This document shows positions 1 to 8,947 of a stretch of DNA of 64,000 nucleotides, in pieces. Each line of letters opens with the position of its first letter. Position 1 is the first letter of the stretch. The stretch comes from Candidatus Limnocylindria bacterium (GTDB lineage: Bacteria; Chloroflexota; Limnocylindria; QHBO01). The notes below the pieces were generated by a model. That model had not been told where the DNA came from. It worked only from the letters and a program-made list of their open reading frames with translations, and made no database searches. The DNA lies in assembly GCA_036556325.1 (NCBI GenBank), contig DATBJR010000049.1:24538-88537 (forward strand). Direction: 5' to 3'. Made by a program: the position numbers and the translations under genes.

Positions 1-780
1 CTGCATACCGAGATCTACGACGTGCTCGGGCCGAGCCTGGTGGCGGGTGCGCGCATCGGCGACGACGTCGCGTTCTACCGGAAGCTTGCCGCCGAAACGG
101 GGGGCCCGATCCTTGACGTGGGGTGCGGCACTGGCCGGGTGGCCGTGGCGCTCGCGTCGGACGGTCACGAAGTGGTCGGTGTCGACCTGTCTGGGCCGAT
201 GCTTCGCCAGGCCGAAGCACGGCGAGCGGCGCTGCCGGACGACGTGGCGGCGCGCCTCTCCTTCCGCCAGGCGGACATGATGACGCTCGACCTCGGCCGC
301 GACTTCGCCCTGGTGCTGACTCCTTCTCGGGTCTTCCAGTTCGCCCTCACCACTGACGCGCAGCGCCAGGCCCTGGCCGCGCTGCGATCCCACCTGCTGC
401 CCCGGGGCCGGCTCGTCCTGGACCTGTTCGATCCACGGCTCGACTTCGTCGTGCCGAGCGACGACGTCACGCCGCGGGGAGGCGAGGTCGTTCATCCCAC
501 CAGCGGGAACCGCGTCAGGTGGGAGGTCGCTCGGCGGATGCCGGATCCGGCGCGGCAGCTCATCGTCGAGGACTGGACATTCAGGGAGCTCGACGCTGCC
601 GGGGCGGTGCTGCGCAGCGACACCGAGCGGCTCACCCTGCGCTGGTCGCTGCGGAGCGAGATGCGGCTCCTCTTCGAGCTGACGCGCTTGGCGGTGATTG
701 CCGAGTACGGCGATTTTTCGGGCGGTCCGCCCGCCTACGGCGGCGAGCAGGTCTGGATCCTGGCCAGCGCGGGTCGCTAG
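1..780 (+). CDS. Class I SAM-dependent methyltransferase (5' end probably truncated by window edge)
   Basis: Reading frame is open back to nt 1 (LHTEIYDV...). SAM-binding motif I ILDVGCGTGRV is followed by the acidic loop VVGVDLS. Sensible, non-shadow amino-acid composition. Confidence 0.8.
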   Translation: MHTEIYDVLGPSLVAGARIGDDVAFYRKLAAETGGPILDVGCGTGRVAVALASDGHEVVGVDLSGPMLRQAEARRAALPDDVAARLSFRQADMMTLDLGRDFALVLTPSRVFQFALTTDAQRQALAALRSHLLPRGRLVLDLFDPRLDFVVPSDDVTPRGGEVVHPTSGNRVRWEVARRMPDPARQLIVEDWTFRELDAAGAVLRSDTERLTLRWSLRSEMRLLFELTRLAVIAEYGDFSGGPPAYGGEQVWILASAGR

Positions 781-892
781 CGGACGCTCGGCGGCCCGCC
801 GCCTTGACGCTGTGTCGATGCCCATTTCGAGCATGGGGCTTCCGGCCGTTAGACTCAACACATCTACCCCGACGCTGGAGGACCGCGCGTCC

Positions 893-2605
893 GTGACCCC
901 TACCGATCCCAACGCCGCCATCAACGCCATCGCCGACCGCTTCTTCGAGGGCGTGCTCGAGCGCGACCCGATCTTCGCCACCATCCTGGGCGACAACCGC
1001 TGGGACGACCGCCTGCCGAACATCGGCGCGGAGGGCCGGGCGGAAGAGGAGCGGGTGTATCGGGCCCTGCTGGAGGAGGTCGAGGCGGTTTCAGCGGACG
1101 GCCTGGAGCCAGAGCAGGTCATCACCCGCGACATGCTGCTGCTGGTGGCCCGCAACCAGCTCGAGGCGCAGGAGCGGAAGCTCTACCAGATGGCCATCAA
1201 CCACATCAGCGGCGTGCAGCTGATGCCGGTGATGGTGGCGCAGTACCAGATCGCCGATTCGCCGGAGGCGCTGGAGAAGCTGCTGGCTCGTTTCGCCGCT
1301 TATCCCACCGCGGTGGAGCAGTACATCGAAACCCTGAACGAAGGCCTGGCCGATGGGCGCACCGGGGCGTCGGTGCCGGTCCGCAAGCAGATCGAGCAGA
1401 TCGAGCGCCTGCAGGGGACGCCCACCGAAGGGTTCCCGGCGGTGACCCTGGCGCACGTGGCGGACGACGACGCCCGCGCGCGGGTGGCGGCCGCCGTGGA
1501 CGAGCACGTCAAGCCGGCGCTGCAGAGGCTGCGGGACTTCCTCGCCGACGAGTACGAGCCCCACGCCCAGCCGGAGCCCGGCCTGGGCCACGTGCCGGAC
1601 GGTCAGGATCTGTATCGGCTCGCCATCCGCATGCAGACCACGGTGGCGACCACCGCCGAGGAGGTCCATGCCTTTGGCCTGGAGGACCTGCGCCGGATCG
1701 AGGCCGAGATGGACGAGATCGCGCATCGGCTGGGGCACGAGGATCGGCATGCGCTGAAGGCGGCGCTGGGGACGGACCCGACCAACCACACCGACGCGCG
1801 GCAGGCGATCGTGGACCTCGCAAAGAGCCAGACGGAGCGCGCCTACGCCGAAGCGCCGAAGTACTTCGGGCGGCTGCCTTCCGCCAACTGCATCGTGGTG
1901 CCGGTGGAGGCGTACCGCGAGCGGGAGACACCCCCCGCCTTCTACATGCAGCCCTCGCTCGATGGCTCGCGGCAGGGCCAGTACTACATCAACACCTACC
2001 AGCCCGAGGAGCGGCAGCTCCACAAGATCGCCGCCATCACCTTCCACGAGGCGACGCCCGGGCACCACTTCCAGATCGCCATCGAGATGGAGCTCGGCGG
2101 ACTGCCACGCTTCCGGACTCTCGGCGGCCGGATGGCGGGCGTGGCCTATGTCGAGGGCTGGGGCCTGTACTGCGAGCGCCTGGCCGATGAGATGGGCCTC
2201 TACCTGGACGACCGCGAGCGACTGGGCATGCTGGACGCGCAGGCGTTCCGTGCGTCGCGGCTCGTGGTGGATTCCGGGCTGCATGCCATGGGCTGGGATC
2301 GCGAGCAGGCCATCGCGTTCATGCACGAGCGGGGCACGCTGCCGATGGTCGACGCCGAGATCGAGGTGGACCGCTACACGGTCTGGCCCGGCCAGGCCCT
2401 GGCCTACAAGATGGGGCAGCGCGAGATCGAGCGAGCGCGGCGTGAGGTGTCGGAGAAGATGGGCGAGCGCTTCGACCTGCGCGCATTCCATGACGAGGTG
2501 CTGGGCCACGGGTCGCTGCCGCTCGCGACGCTGCGCCGGGAGATTCCGAACTGGGTCGAGGCGGCCGTCTCGGCGCGCGAGGGCGAGGGAGCCGGCACCC
2601 GCTGA
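893..2605 (+). CDS. DUF885 family protein (metallopeptidase-like)
   Basis: Signature HEATPGHHFQ and overall DUF885-like sequence. The ORF track starts at 698, but GTG 893 is preceded by GGAGGA (877-882). ATG 818 is an alternative start. Confidence 0.8.
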   Translation: MTPTDPNAAINAIADRFFEGVLERDPIFATILGDNRWDDRLPNIGAEGRAEEERVYRALLEEVEAVSADGLEPEQVITRDMLLLVARNQLEAQERKLYQMAINHISGVQLMPVMVAQYQIADSPEALEKLLARFAAYPTAVEQYIETLNEGLADGRTGASVPVRKQIEQIERLQGTPTEGFPAVTLAHVADDDARARVAAAVDEHVKPALQRLRDFLADEYEPHAQPEPGLGHVPDGQDLYRLAIRMQTTVATTAEEVHAFGLEDLRRIEAEMDEIAHRLGHEDRHALKAALGTDPTNHTDARQAIVDLAKSQTERAYAEAPKYFGRLPSANCIVVPVEAYRERETPPAFYMQPSLDGSRQGQYYINTYQPEERQLHKIAAITFHEATPGHHFQIAIEMELGGLPRFRTLGGRMAGVAYVEGWGLYCERLADEMGLYLDDRERLGMLDAQAFRASRLVVDSGLHAMGWDREQAIAFMHERGTLPMVDAEIEVDRYTVWPGQALAYKMGQREIERARREVSEKMGERFDLRAFHDEVLGHGSLPLATLRREIPNWVEAAVSAREGEGAGTR

Positions 2606-2628
2606 GCGGTCACGTCTGGACCGGGCCG

Positions 2629-3210
2629 ATGCGCGCGCCCGAGCGCATCACGCTTGCGGGCCGCCATGTCCGCCTGGAGCCGATGGAGGAGCGCCACCGC
2701 GACGACCTCCTGGCGGCGGCTGCCCAGGCTCCCGAGACCTTCCGCTACCTGTTCGTCGACCTGTCGGTCGGGGAGCCGGCCTGGGCACGCTACTACGCCG
2801 ACGCGATGAAGCCGGAGTACGTCTCGTGGGCGACGGTGGATGCGGCGACCGGCCGCGCGGTGGGCTCCACCCGCTTCCTGGACATCGCGCCCGAGCACGG
2901 CCGGCTGGAGATCGGCTGGACCTGGATCGCGCCGTCGCACCAGCGCACCGTCGTCAACACCGAGGCGAAGCTGCTGCAGCTGGGCTACGCCTTCGACGAG
3001 CTGGGCGCGAACCGCGTGGCGCTCAAGACCGACCTGCGCAACGAGCGGTCGCAGGCCGCGATCGCCCGCATCGGCGGCGTGCGCGAAGGGGTGCTGCGCG
3101 AGCAGTTCCGCATGCCCGATGGCTACATGCGCAGCAGCGTCTACTTCTCGATTTTGGCCGCCGAATGGCCGGCGGTGAAGGCACGCCTGGAAGCTCGGCT
3201 GGCCGGGTGA
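2629..3210 (+). CDS. GNAT family N-acetyltransferase (RimJ/RimL-like)
   Basis: 193 aa. Typical RimJ-like layout: RLEPMEERH..., NTEAKLLQLGYAFDELGANRVALKTD, NERSQAAIARIGGVREGVLR. Confidence 0.85.
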   Translation: MRAPERITLAGRHVRLEPMEERHRDDLLAAAAQAPETFRYLFVDLSVGEPAWARYYADAMKPEYVSWATVDAATGRAVGSTRFLDIAPEHGRLEIGWTWIAPSHQRTVVNTEAKLLQLGYAFDELGANRVALKTDLRNERSQAAIARIGGVREGVLREQFRMPDGYMRSSVYFSILAAEWPAVKARLEARLAG

Positions 3211-4334
3211 CGCTGCGCGTCAGCTGGGCGCAGGCGCTCGCGTGGCGGATGCGCCGCCACTTCCTGGAGCCAGCGGTCGACGTGACGCCGGCCGAGGTCG
3301 TGCGCCGCCTGTGCGGGGTGCAGGCCCAGGTCGCCTCGTCGGCCGAGCTGGCCATCCGGCTGCGGCAGGGCCGCTCATCGCCCGGCGAGGTGGCCGCGGC
3401 CCTGGCGAGCGGCGAGCTGATCAAGACCTGGGCGATGCGCGGCACGCTCCACTACCTGACCCCAGAGGAGGCGGGGATCTACCTCTCGCTGCTGGCCGCC
3501 GGCCGTTCGTGGGAAGTCCCCAGCTGGCAGAAGTACTTCGGCATGCGGCCGGGGGACTACGATGAGATGCGGCTGGTGGCGCGCGATGCGCTGGACGGTC
3601 GCGCGCTGACCCGTGAGGAGCTCGCGGCGGAGATGGTGAAGCGGCCGCGGCTGCGCCACATCGGGACCGAGATGGCATCGGGCTGGGGGACGCTCCTGAA
3701 GCCGCTGGCGTGGCAGGGCGACCTCTGCTTCGGTCCGTCGCGTGGCAACCGGGTGACGTTCGTCCGCCCGGACCAGGCCTCGAGCCGATGGGCCGGCATC
3801 CCCGACGCCGACGCGGCCGCGCCGCGCGCCATCATGGCCTACCTCGGAGCCTATGGCCCCGCGACGGTTGATGGCTTCGGCCGATTCATCTCCCGCGGTC
3901 GCGTGGCGAAACGCTCGCTGCGCGCCTGGTTCGCCGCGCTCGGGTCCCGGGTCGTGGAGGTGGACGTCGACGGCGAGGCCACGTTGCTCCTGGCTGAGCA
4001 CGCCGAGGAGCTGGCGGCGACGCGACCGTCGCAGGAGCTCCGGCTGCTGGGCGGCTTCGACGGGTGGGTGCTGGGGCCTGGAACCGAGGACACGCACATC
4101 ATTCCGTCGCCGCACCGGCGCGCGGTCAGCAGGCAGAGTGGGTGGATCGCGCCAGTCGTCGTGCTTGGCGGCGTCGTGGCCGGGACCTGGGAGCTGGCTG
4201 GCGACGTGGTCCGCATCGGCTGGTTCAGCGGACGGCGGCGGCCCGCCCGCGCGACCCTCGCCGCCGGGGTGGCGCGGCTGAGGGCGATCCTGGGCCGCGA
4301 GCTGGACATGGAGGTCGCTAGCATTCCGGCATGA
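3207..4334 (+). CDS. Winged-helix HTH_42 (AlkZ/YcaQ family) DNA glycosylase-like protein
   Basis: This is the C-terminal 375 aa of the 790-aa track ORF. GTG 3207 overlaps the GNAT stop (GTGA). N-terminal CGVQAQ motif and IKTWAMRGTLHY are typical of the DUF1006/HTH_42 family. Confidence 0.75.
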   Translation: MTLRVSWAQALAWRMRRHFLEPAVDVTPAEVVRRLCGVQAQVASSAELAIRLRQGRSSPGEVAAALASGELIKTWAMRGTLHYLTPEEAGIYLSLLAAGRSWEVPSWQKYFGMRPGDYDEMRLVARDALDGRALTREELAAEMVKRPRLRHIGTEMASGWGTLLKPLAWQGDLCFGPSRGNRVTFVRPDQASSRWAGIPDADAAAPRAIMAYLGAYGPATVDGFGRFISRGRVAKRSLRAWFAALGSRVVEVDVDGEATLLLAEHAEELAATRPSQELRLLGGFDGWVLGPGTEDTHIIPSPHRRAVSRQSGWIAPVVVLGGVVAGTWELAGDVVRIGWFSGRRRPARATLAAGVARLRAILGRELDMEVASIPA

Positions 4335-4918
4335 GCAAGGGCCGGCTCGAGGCCTTCAGCGATGGCGTGATCGCCATCATCATCACGATCATGGTGCTCG
4401 AGCTGCGCCCACCCGAGGGCGTAGAGCTTGCCGACCTGTCGCAGCTCGGCCCCACCTTCGCCATCTACGCGCTCAGCTTCGCGCTGCTCGGCACCTACTG
4501 GGCCAATCACCATCACCTCTTCCACACCGCGCACGTGGTGAACGGAGTGGTGCTGTGGGCGAACCTCCACCTGCTCTTCTGGCTCTCGCTCTTCCCGCTC
4601 GGGACGGCCTGGGTCGGCGACTCCGGCTTCGCGCCCGTGCCGGTCGCCGCCTACGGCGCCCTGATGCTGCTCGCCGCCATCGCCTACTACGGCGTGGTGC
4701 GCGCGCTGATCGCCTGCCCTGGCCAGCCCGGCACGCTGGCAGCGGCCGTCGGGCGCGACGTCAAGGGCAAGGTGTCGCCCGTCCTGTTCGCGGCCGCCAT
4801 TCCGCTAGCGCTCGTCGCGCCGTGGGCTTCATTGGCCGTCTACGCCTTCGTGGTGGTGCTGTGGATCGTGCCGGACCGGCGCCTGGAGCGTGCGACCGAC
4901 GGTCGCCAGCCCGGCTAG
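4331..4918 (+). CDS. TMEM175/DUF1211 family potassium channel-like membrane protein
   Basis: RLEAFSDGVIAIIITIMVLEL carries the RxxxFSD signature in TM1. About six hydrophobic helices. ATGA overlap with the upstream gene. Confidence 0.8.
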   Translation: MSKGRLEAFSDGVIAIIITIMVLELRPPEGVELADLSQLGPTFAIYALSFALLGTYWANHHHLFHTAHVVNGVVLWANLHLLFWLSLFPLGTAWVGDSGFAPVPVAAYGALMLLAAIAYYGVVRALIACPGQPGTLAAAVGRDVKGKVSPVLFAAAIPLALVAPWASLAVYAFVVVLWIVPDRRLERATDGRQPG

Positions 4919-6288
4919 GGGCGCCACTCCTGCGACAGGTCGTAGTCCGGGTCCGGTTTCTCCTCCGGGGGACGGTCGCCCTCGGGGACGTGCCGCAGGT
5001 TCAACCGCACCCGGTACCACAGCGACGAGCGTCCGCGCATGCCGTCCACCAGCACGTCGTCCTCGGCGAGGTGCTTGGCCGCGGCCGGGTGGCGCCGCTT
5101 CCAGCGTTCGAGGCCGTCGAGCGCATCCGCCTTCTTCTTGGCCTGGCTGATCACGACCAGCGGCTGTGACGAGCGGCGGCGCCCGGTGGGCGGAACCGAG
5201 CCGTCGCCGCGGCGTGCCGGCGAGGGCGGCATGGCCTGTGGCTGGTCGCCCGCGCGCGCACCGGGTGCCGCGCCCTCCGGCCACGGCATGCGGCGCTTCG
5301 AGGGCTGCACCCGCGGCGGCTCACCCGGCTGCTTGACGTAGTTCGGTGGCCAGGGTGCGTCGCCCAGGCCTGACGCCTCGTCCCGCGCGGCCAGGTCCAG
5401 GAGGGCCTCCAGGGAGCCCACCGCCCCGTCGATGCCCGCACCCACGTCGCCGAGCCGCGCATAGCGGTCGGGCACGGTCCGCAGGGTGAAGTCGTCGAGC
5501 TCGGCGTCTGGCACCTCGTCCCAGGTCATCGGCGCGGAGACGGTCGCGGCCGGCAGCGGCCGCACCGAGTAGGCCGACGCCACCGTCCGGTCCTTGGCGT
5601 TCTGGTTGTAGTCGATGAACACGCCGTGGCGCTCCTCCTTCCACCACTTCGAGGTGGCGATGGACGGCGCCCGGCGCTCGACCTCGCGGGCCATGGCCAG
5701 CGCCGCGCGGCGGACTTCGCTGAATCCCCAGCGCCGCTCGATCCGCGCGTAGACGTGGATGCCGCGCGACCCCGAGGTCTTGGGGAAGGCCGTCAGCCCG
5801 TGGTCGGCGAAGACGTCGCGGACCACCAGCGCGACGCTGCGCACGTCGGCCCAGGGCACGCCCGGACCCGGGTCGAGGTCGGCGCGGATCTCGTCGGGGT
5901 GCTCGAGGTCGTCGGCCCGGACCGGGTGCGGGTTGAGGTCGACGCAGCCCAGGTTCACGACCCAGGCCAGCGCTGCCCGGTTGGTGACGACGACCTCGTC
6001 GGCGGTGCGCCCCGACGGGAAAAACAGCTCCACGGTGGAGACGAAATCCGGGACCGACTTCGGCGCCCGCTTCTGGAAGAACGCCTCGCCGGTGATCCCG
6101 TCGACGAAGCGCTTCAGCGCCATCGGCCGATTGAAGACGCCGAGCAGGGCGCCATCGGCCACGGCCAGGTAGTAGTCGACCAGCTCGCGCTTGGTGATGC
6201 CGGCCTCGGGGAAGTACAGCTTGTTCGGGTTCGAGATCGTCACCTCGAAGCCGTCAAGCTCCAGCTGGACCGATGGGTCCTTCGGCAT
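4915..6288 (-). CDS. Stand-alone LigD-type NHEJ primase-polymerase domain protein with ~150-aa uncharacterised C-terminal extension
   Basis: N-terminal ~300 aa match the LigD polymerase pattern (ISNPNKLYFPE, KRFVDGI..EAFFQKR, LGCVDLNPHP, FPKTSGSRGIHVY, IDYNQN). There is no ligase or phosphoesterase domain and no ku gene nearby. Confidence 0.85.
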   Translation of the reverse strand: MPKDPSVQLELDGFEVTISNPNKLYFPEAGITKRELVDYYLAVADGALLGVFNRPMALKRFVDGITGEAFFQKRAPKSVPDFVSTVELFFPSGRTADEVVVTNRAALAWVVNLGCVDLNPHPVRADDLEHPDEIRADLDPGPGVPWADVRSVALVVRDVFADHGLTAFPKTSGSRGIHVYARIERRWGFSEVRRAALAMAREVERRAPSIATSKWWKEERHGVFIDYNQNAKDRTVASAYSVRPLPAATVSAPMTWDEVPDAELDDFTLRTVPDRYARLGDVGAGIDGAVGSLEALLDLAARDEASGLGDAPWPPNYVKQPGEPPRVQPSKRRMPWPEGAAPGARAGDQPQAMPPSPARRGDGSVPPTGRRRSSQPLVVISQAKKKADALDGLERWKRRHPAAAKHLAEDDVLVDGMRGRSSLWYRVRLNLRHVPEGDRPPEEKPDPDYDLSQEWRP

Positions 6289-6337
6289 CGGATCAGCCTA
6301 CCCTGTCCGGGCACACCATTTGCGGAGGCGGCCCGGC

Positions 6338-7384
6338 ATGGTGGATCGGCTCAAGCGCCTCGCATCCTCGGTCGACACGTGGTTGCAGCGGCACCGCTGG
6401 ACGCGCGTCCTCCGGCGCGCCGCCATCGGCTTCGTCCAGCACGGCTCGCTCCAGTACGCCGGCAGCATGGCCTACTTCTCGATCCTCTCCGTCTTCCAGC
6501 TCCTGGTGCTGGGCATCGTGGTGCTCAGCTACTTCGTGGGTCAGGGCCAGGCGCGCCAGTTCGTGATCGACCAGGTGCGCGCCGGATCGCCGCTGGATGC
6601 AAACACCATCGGCGGAGTGATCGATGCCGTGATCGCCGCGCGCGCCGGCATCAGCGTCTTCGGCGTGATCTTCCTGGCCTGGGGAGCGCTCGGCATCTTC
6701 TCGGCCATCACCCAGGGGGTGGGCCGCGCGTTTGCGGCCACTGATCCGCGCCCGTTCTGGCAGGACAAGCTCATCGGCCTGGTGCTGATGCTGATCACCG
6801 GCGTGCTGGGCATCGCATCGGTGGCCATCGGCATCCTGACCGGGATTCTGCAATCGGCCACCCAGGACGTGCTGCGGGCGGTGCCCGGTGGCTACCTGGC
6901 GCTCACCGCCATCGGCTTCGTGACGCCGATCCTCCTGATCTTCGTCGCCTTCCTGGTCCTCTACCGCCTGGTGCCGAACCGGCAGGTCACGTGGCGCGAG
7001 GCGCTGCCCGGCGCGATTGCCGCGACCGTCTTCTGGACCGTCCTGCGCATCGGCTTCACCTACTACGCGACGAACATCGCCAAGTACGACACCGCCTTCG
7101 GGCCGATCTCCGCCACCATCTCGCTGCTCGTCTTCCTCTACTTCGCCAGCGTGGTCGTGCTCCTGGGCGCCGAGGTGGCACGCGCCGACCTCCTGGAGGA
7201 CGTCGGCCCGGAGCAGGCGCAGGTCCCCGTGCCGATGGGCCCGGTGGTGAGCGTGACAGCCGCCGCGCGTCCCGCCGCCGCGCCGCCCGAGCAGCGGGTC
7301 CCGGCCTGGGCACTGGCGGTCGGCAGTGCCGTGGCGGCGCTCGTGGTGCGCATCCTGGCCGGCCGGCGCGCGCCGCGCGACTGA
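6338..7384 (+). CDS. YihY/BrkB (ribonuclease BN-like) family membrane protein
   Basis: Internal ATG 6338 (MVDRLKRL...). The track ORF start at 6191 overlaps the LigD-type polymerase gene. AGSMAYFSILSVFQLL and the multi-TM profile are typical of YihY. Confidence 0.8.
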   Translation: MVDRLKRLASSVDTWLQRHRWTRVLRRAAIGFVQHGSLQYAGSMAYFSILSVFQLLVLGIVVLSYFVGQGQARQFVIDQVRAGSPLDANTIGGVIDAVIAARAGISVFGVIFLAWGALGIFSAITQGVGRAFAATDPRPFWQDKLIGLVLMLITGVLGIASVAIGILTGILQSATQDVLRAVPGGYLALTAIGFVTPILLIFVAFLVLYRLVPNRQVTWREALPGAIAATVFWTVLRIGFTYYATNIAKYDTAFGPISATISLLVFLYFASVVVLLGAEVARADLLEDVGPEQAQVPVPMGPVVSVTAAARPAAAPPEQRVPAWALAVGSAVAALVVRILAGRRAPRD

Positions 7385-7438
7385 GGGCGCTGCTTCCCGT
7401 CGCTGAAGCACGCCGGGAGCGCGATCGGGCGCGAAAGA

Positions 7439-7455
7439 GTAGTACGGTGTAGTAC
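7439..7455. promoter_or_regulatory. Direct repeat GTAGTAC-N3-GTAGTAC in the AT-richer leader upstream of the M23 peptidase gene
   Basis: Read directly: GTAGTACGGTGTAGTAC at 7439-7455, two copies 10 bp apart, about 40 nt upstream of ATG 7493. Function unknown. Confidence 0.2.
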
Positions 7456-7492
7456 ATTCGACCCCGTCACGCGGCCGAAGTGCCCGGCTAGC

Positions 7493-8923
7493 ATGGCAAA
7501 TCGAGCACGTCGGGAGGCGGCTGGGCACGATGGAACACTCCTTGATGAGCGCCGCATGAGGGCACGATCTCGACTGGCCGTCATGCTGATGGCGCTGCTG
7601 ACGGTCGGGATGATGGTCATCGGCAGCGACCCGCAGCACCGGGCCCTGGCCGCGGATCCCGTCTCACAGGCAAAGGCTGAACGGGCCTCGATCGAGGCCG
7701 AGCTGGCTGCGCAGCGCGCCAAGCTCGACGAGCTGCGGGCCACCTCCGCCACGCTGTCGCGCCAGCTGGACGCCGCCCAGCATGAGCTCGAAAACGCCAC
7801 CGCCCAGTACGAGCGGGTGGTCGGGCTGCTGCAGGCCGTGCGCGCCGACATCGCCGACATCACCGTCCGGCTGCAGGACCTGCGCGCGCGCATCGCCCGC
7901 ATGGACCATCGACTGTGGGTCGTCTCGCAGGAGGTTGCGGCCCAGACCTCGGAGCTCCAGGCGCGGGAGGCGCTGCTGCAGGACCACCTCCGCTCGGCGT
8001 ACGAGCAGAGCCAGACCTCGCTGCTCGAGATCATCCTCAACGCCCCGAACCTGGACGAGGCGACCAACCAGGTTGGCTACCTGCTGACCGTGTCGGACCA
8101 GGACAAGGCGCTGGCCGCCGAGATCCGGGCGCTGCGCGAGGAGCTGCTCGTCAAGCAGCAGACCCTGAGTGAGGGTCGCGCTGCGCTGCGCGAGGCGCGA
8201 ATCGCCGCCTCGGCCGAGCGCCGCCACCTGGTCGTGCGCAAGGCGCAGCTGCAGGACCTGGAGGCGCGCGCCGCGAAGCTCAAGGCGGCGGCCGAGAAGC
8301 AGCGCGCGGCGCAGGAGGCGGCGCTGAATGCCGCGCTGAAGGCCAAGGGCAACGTCAAGCAGCAGATCGCCGACAACGAGCGCGCCTTCGAGCAGGCGAA
8401 CCAGCTCGTACACCGCCTGGTCGCGGAGCAGAATGCCATCGAGCAGGCCCGCCGCCTGGCGGAGGAAGCGGCGCGGCGGCAGGCCAAGCAGCTCTCGGCG
8501 CTCGGTTTCCGCTGGCCGGAGATCGGCGCGCGGGTCACCCAGGAATGGGGCCCCACCAGCTTCACCATGGAGCCGGCCTACACGTATCGTGGCGTCTACT
8601 ACCCGCACTTCCACGGCGGGCTTGACATGGTCGCCGGCTGCGGTTCGCCGATCCTGGCCGCCAAGGCGGGCGTGGTGGTCGCCTCCGGGCAGCCGCTGTG
8701 GCCGTACGACCCGGGCTACGGCGTGGTCATCGATCACGGCGGCGGGATCCAGACCTGGTACTGGCACATCACCACCCAGATCGTGGTGCGCCCTGGCCAG
8801 GTGGTGAACACCGGCCAGCTCATCGGCTACGAGGGAACCACCGGCTTTTCGACCGGCTGCCACCTGCACTTCGCCACCAACGTGAACGGCGTCTGGGAGA
8901 ACCCGCGGGCCTACCTGCCCTAG
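7493..8923 (+). CDS. M23 family metallopeptidase with long N-terminal coiled coil (EnvC-like murein DD-endopeptidase)
   Basis: Signal/TM segment, then ~300 aa of heptad-like A/E/Q/L/R-rich sequence. C-terminal M23 motifs HFHGGLD (HxxxD) and GCHLHF (HxH). Confidence 0.85.
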   Translation: MANRARREAAGHDGTLLDERRMRARSRLAVMLMALLTVGMMVIGSDPQHRALAADPVSQAKAERASIEAELAAQRAKLDELRATSATLSRQLDAAQHELENATAQYERVVGLLQAVRADIADITVRLQDLRARIARMDHRLWVVSQEVAAQTSELQAREALLQDHLRSAYEQSQTSLLEIILNAPNLDEATNQVGYLLTVSDQDKALAAEIRALREELLVKQQTLSEGRAALREARIAASAERRHLVVRKAQLQDLEARAAKLKAAAEKQRAAQEAALNAALKAKGNVKQQIADNERAFEQANQLVHRLVAEQNAIEQARRLAEEAARRQAKQLSALGFRWPEIGARVTQEWGPTSFTMEPAYTYRGVYYPHFHGGLDMVAGCGSPILAAKAGVVVASGQPLWPYDPGYGVVIDHGGGIQTWYWHITTQIVVRPGQVVNTGQLIGYEGTTGFSTGCHLHFATNVNGVWENPRAYLP

Positions 8924-8947
8924 GCGCGACGCGGCAGCGCCCGGCCG

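Noticed and set aside
1962-4334. Very long plus-strand track ORFs that would fuse or overlap neighbouring genes: 1962-4334, 28827-30077, 32175-33824, 51358-53760 and 60614-62104.
   Set aside because: Only the C-terminal part of each has protein-like sequence and family motifs. The N-terminal parts overlap the real upstream gene in another frame. They were trimmed to internal ATG/GTG starts that overlap the upstream stop (3207, 29733, 32724, 52717, 61010).
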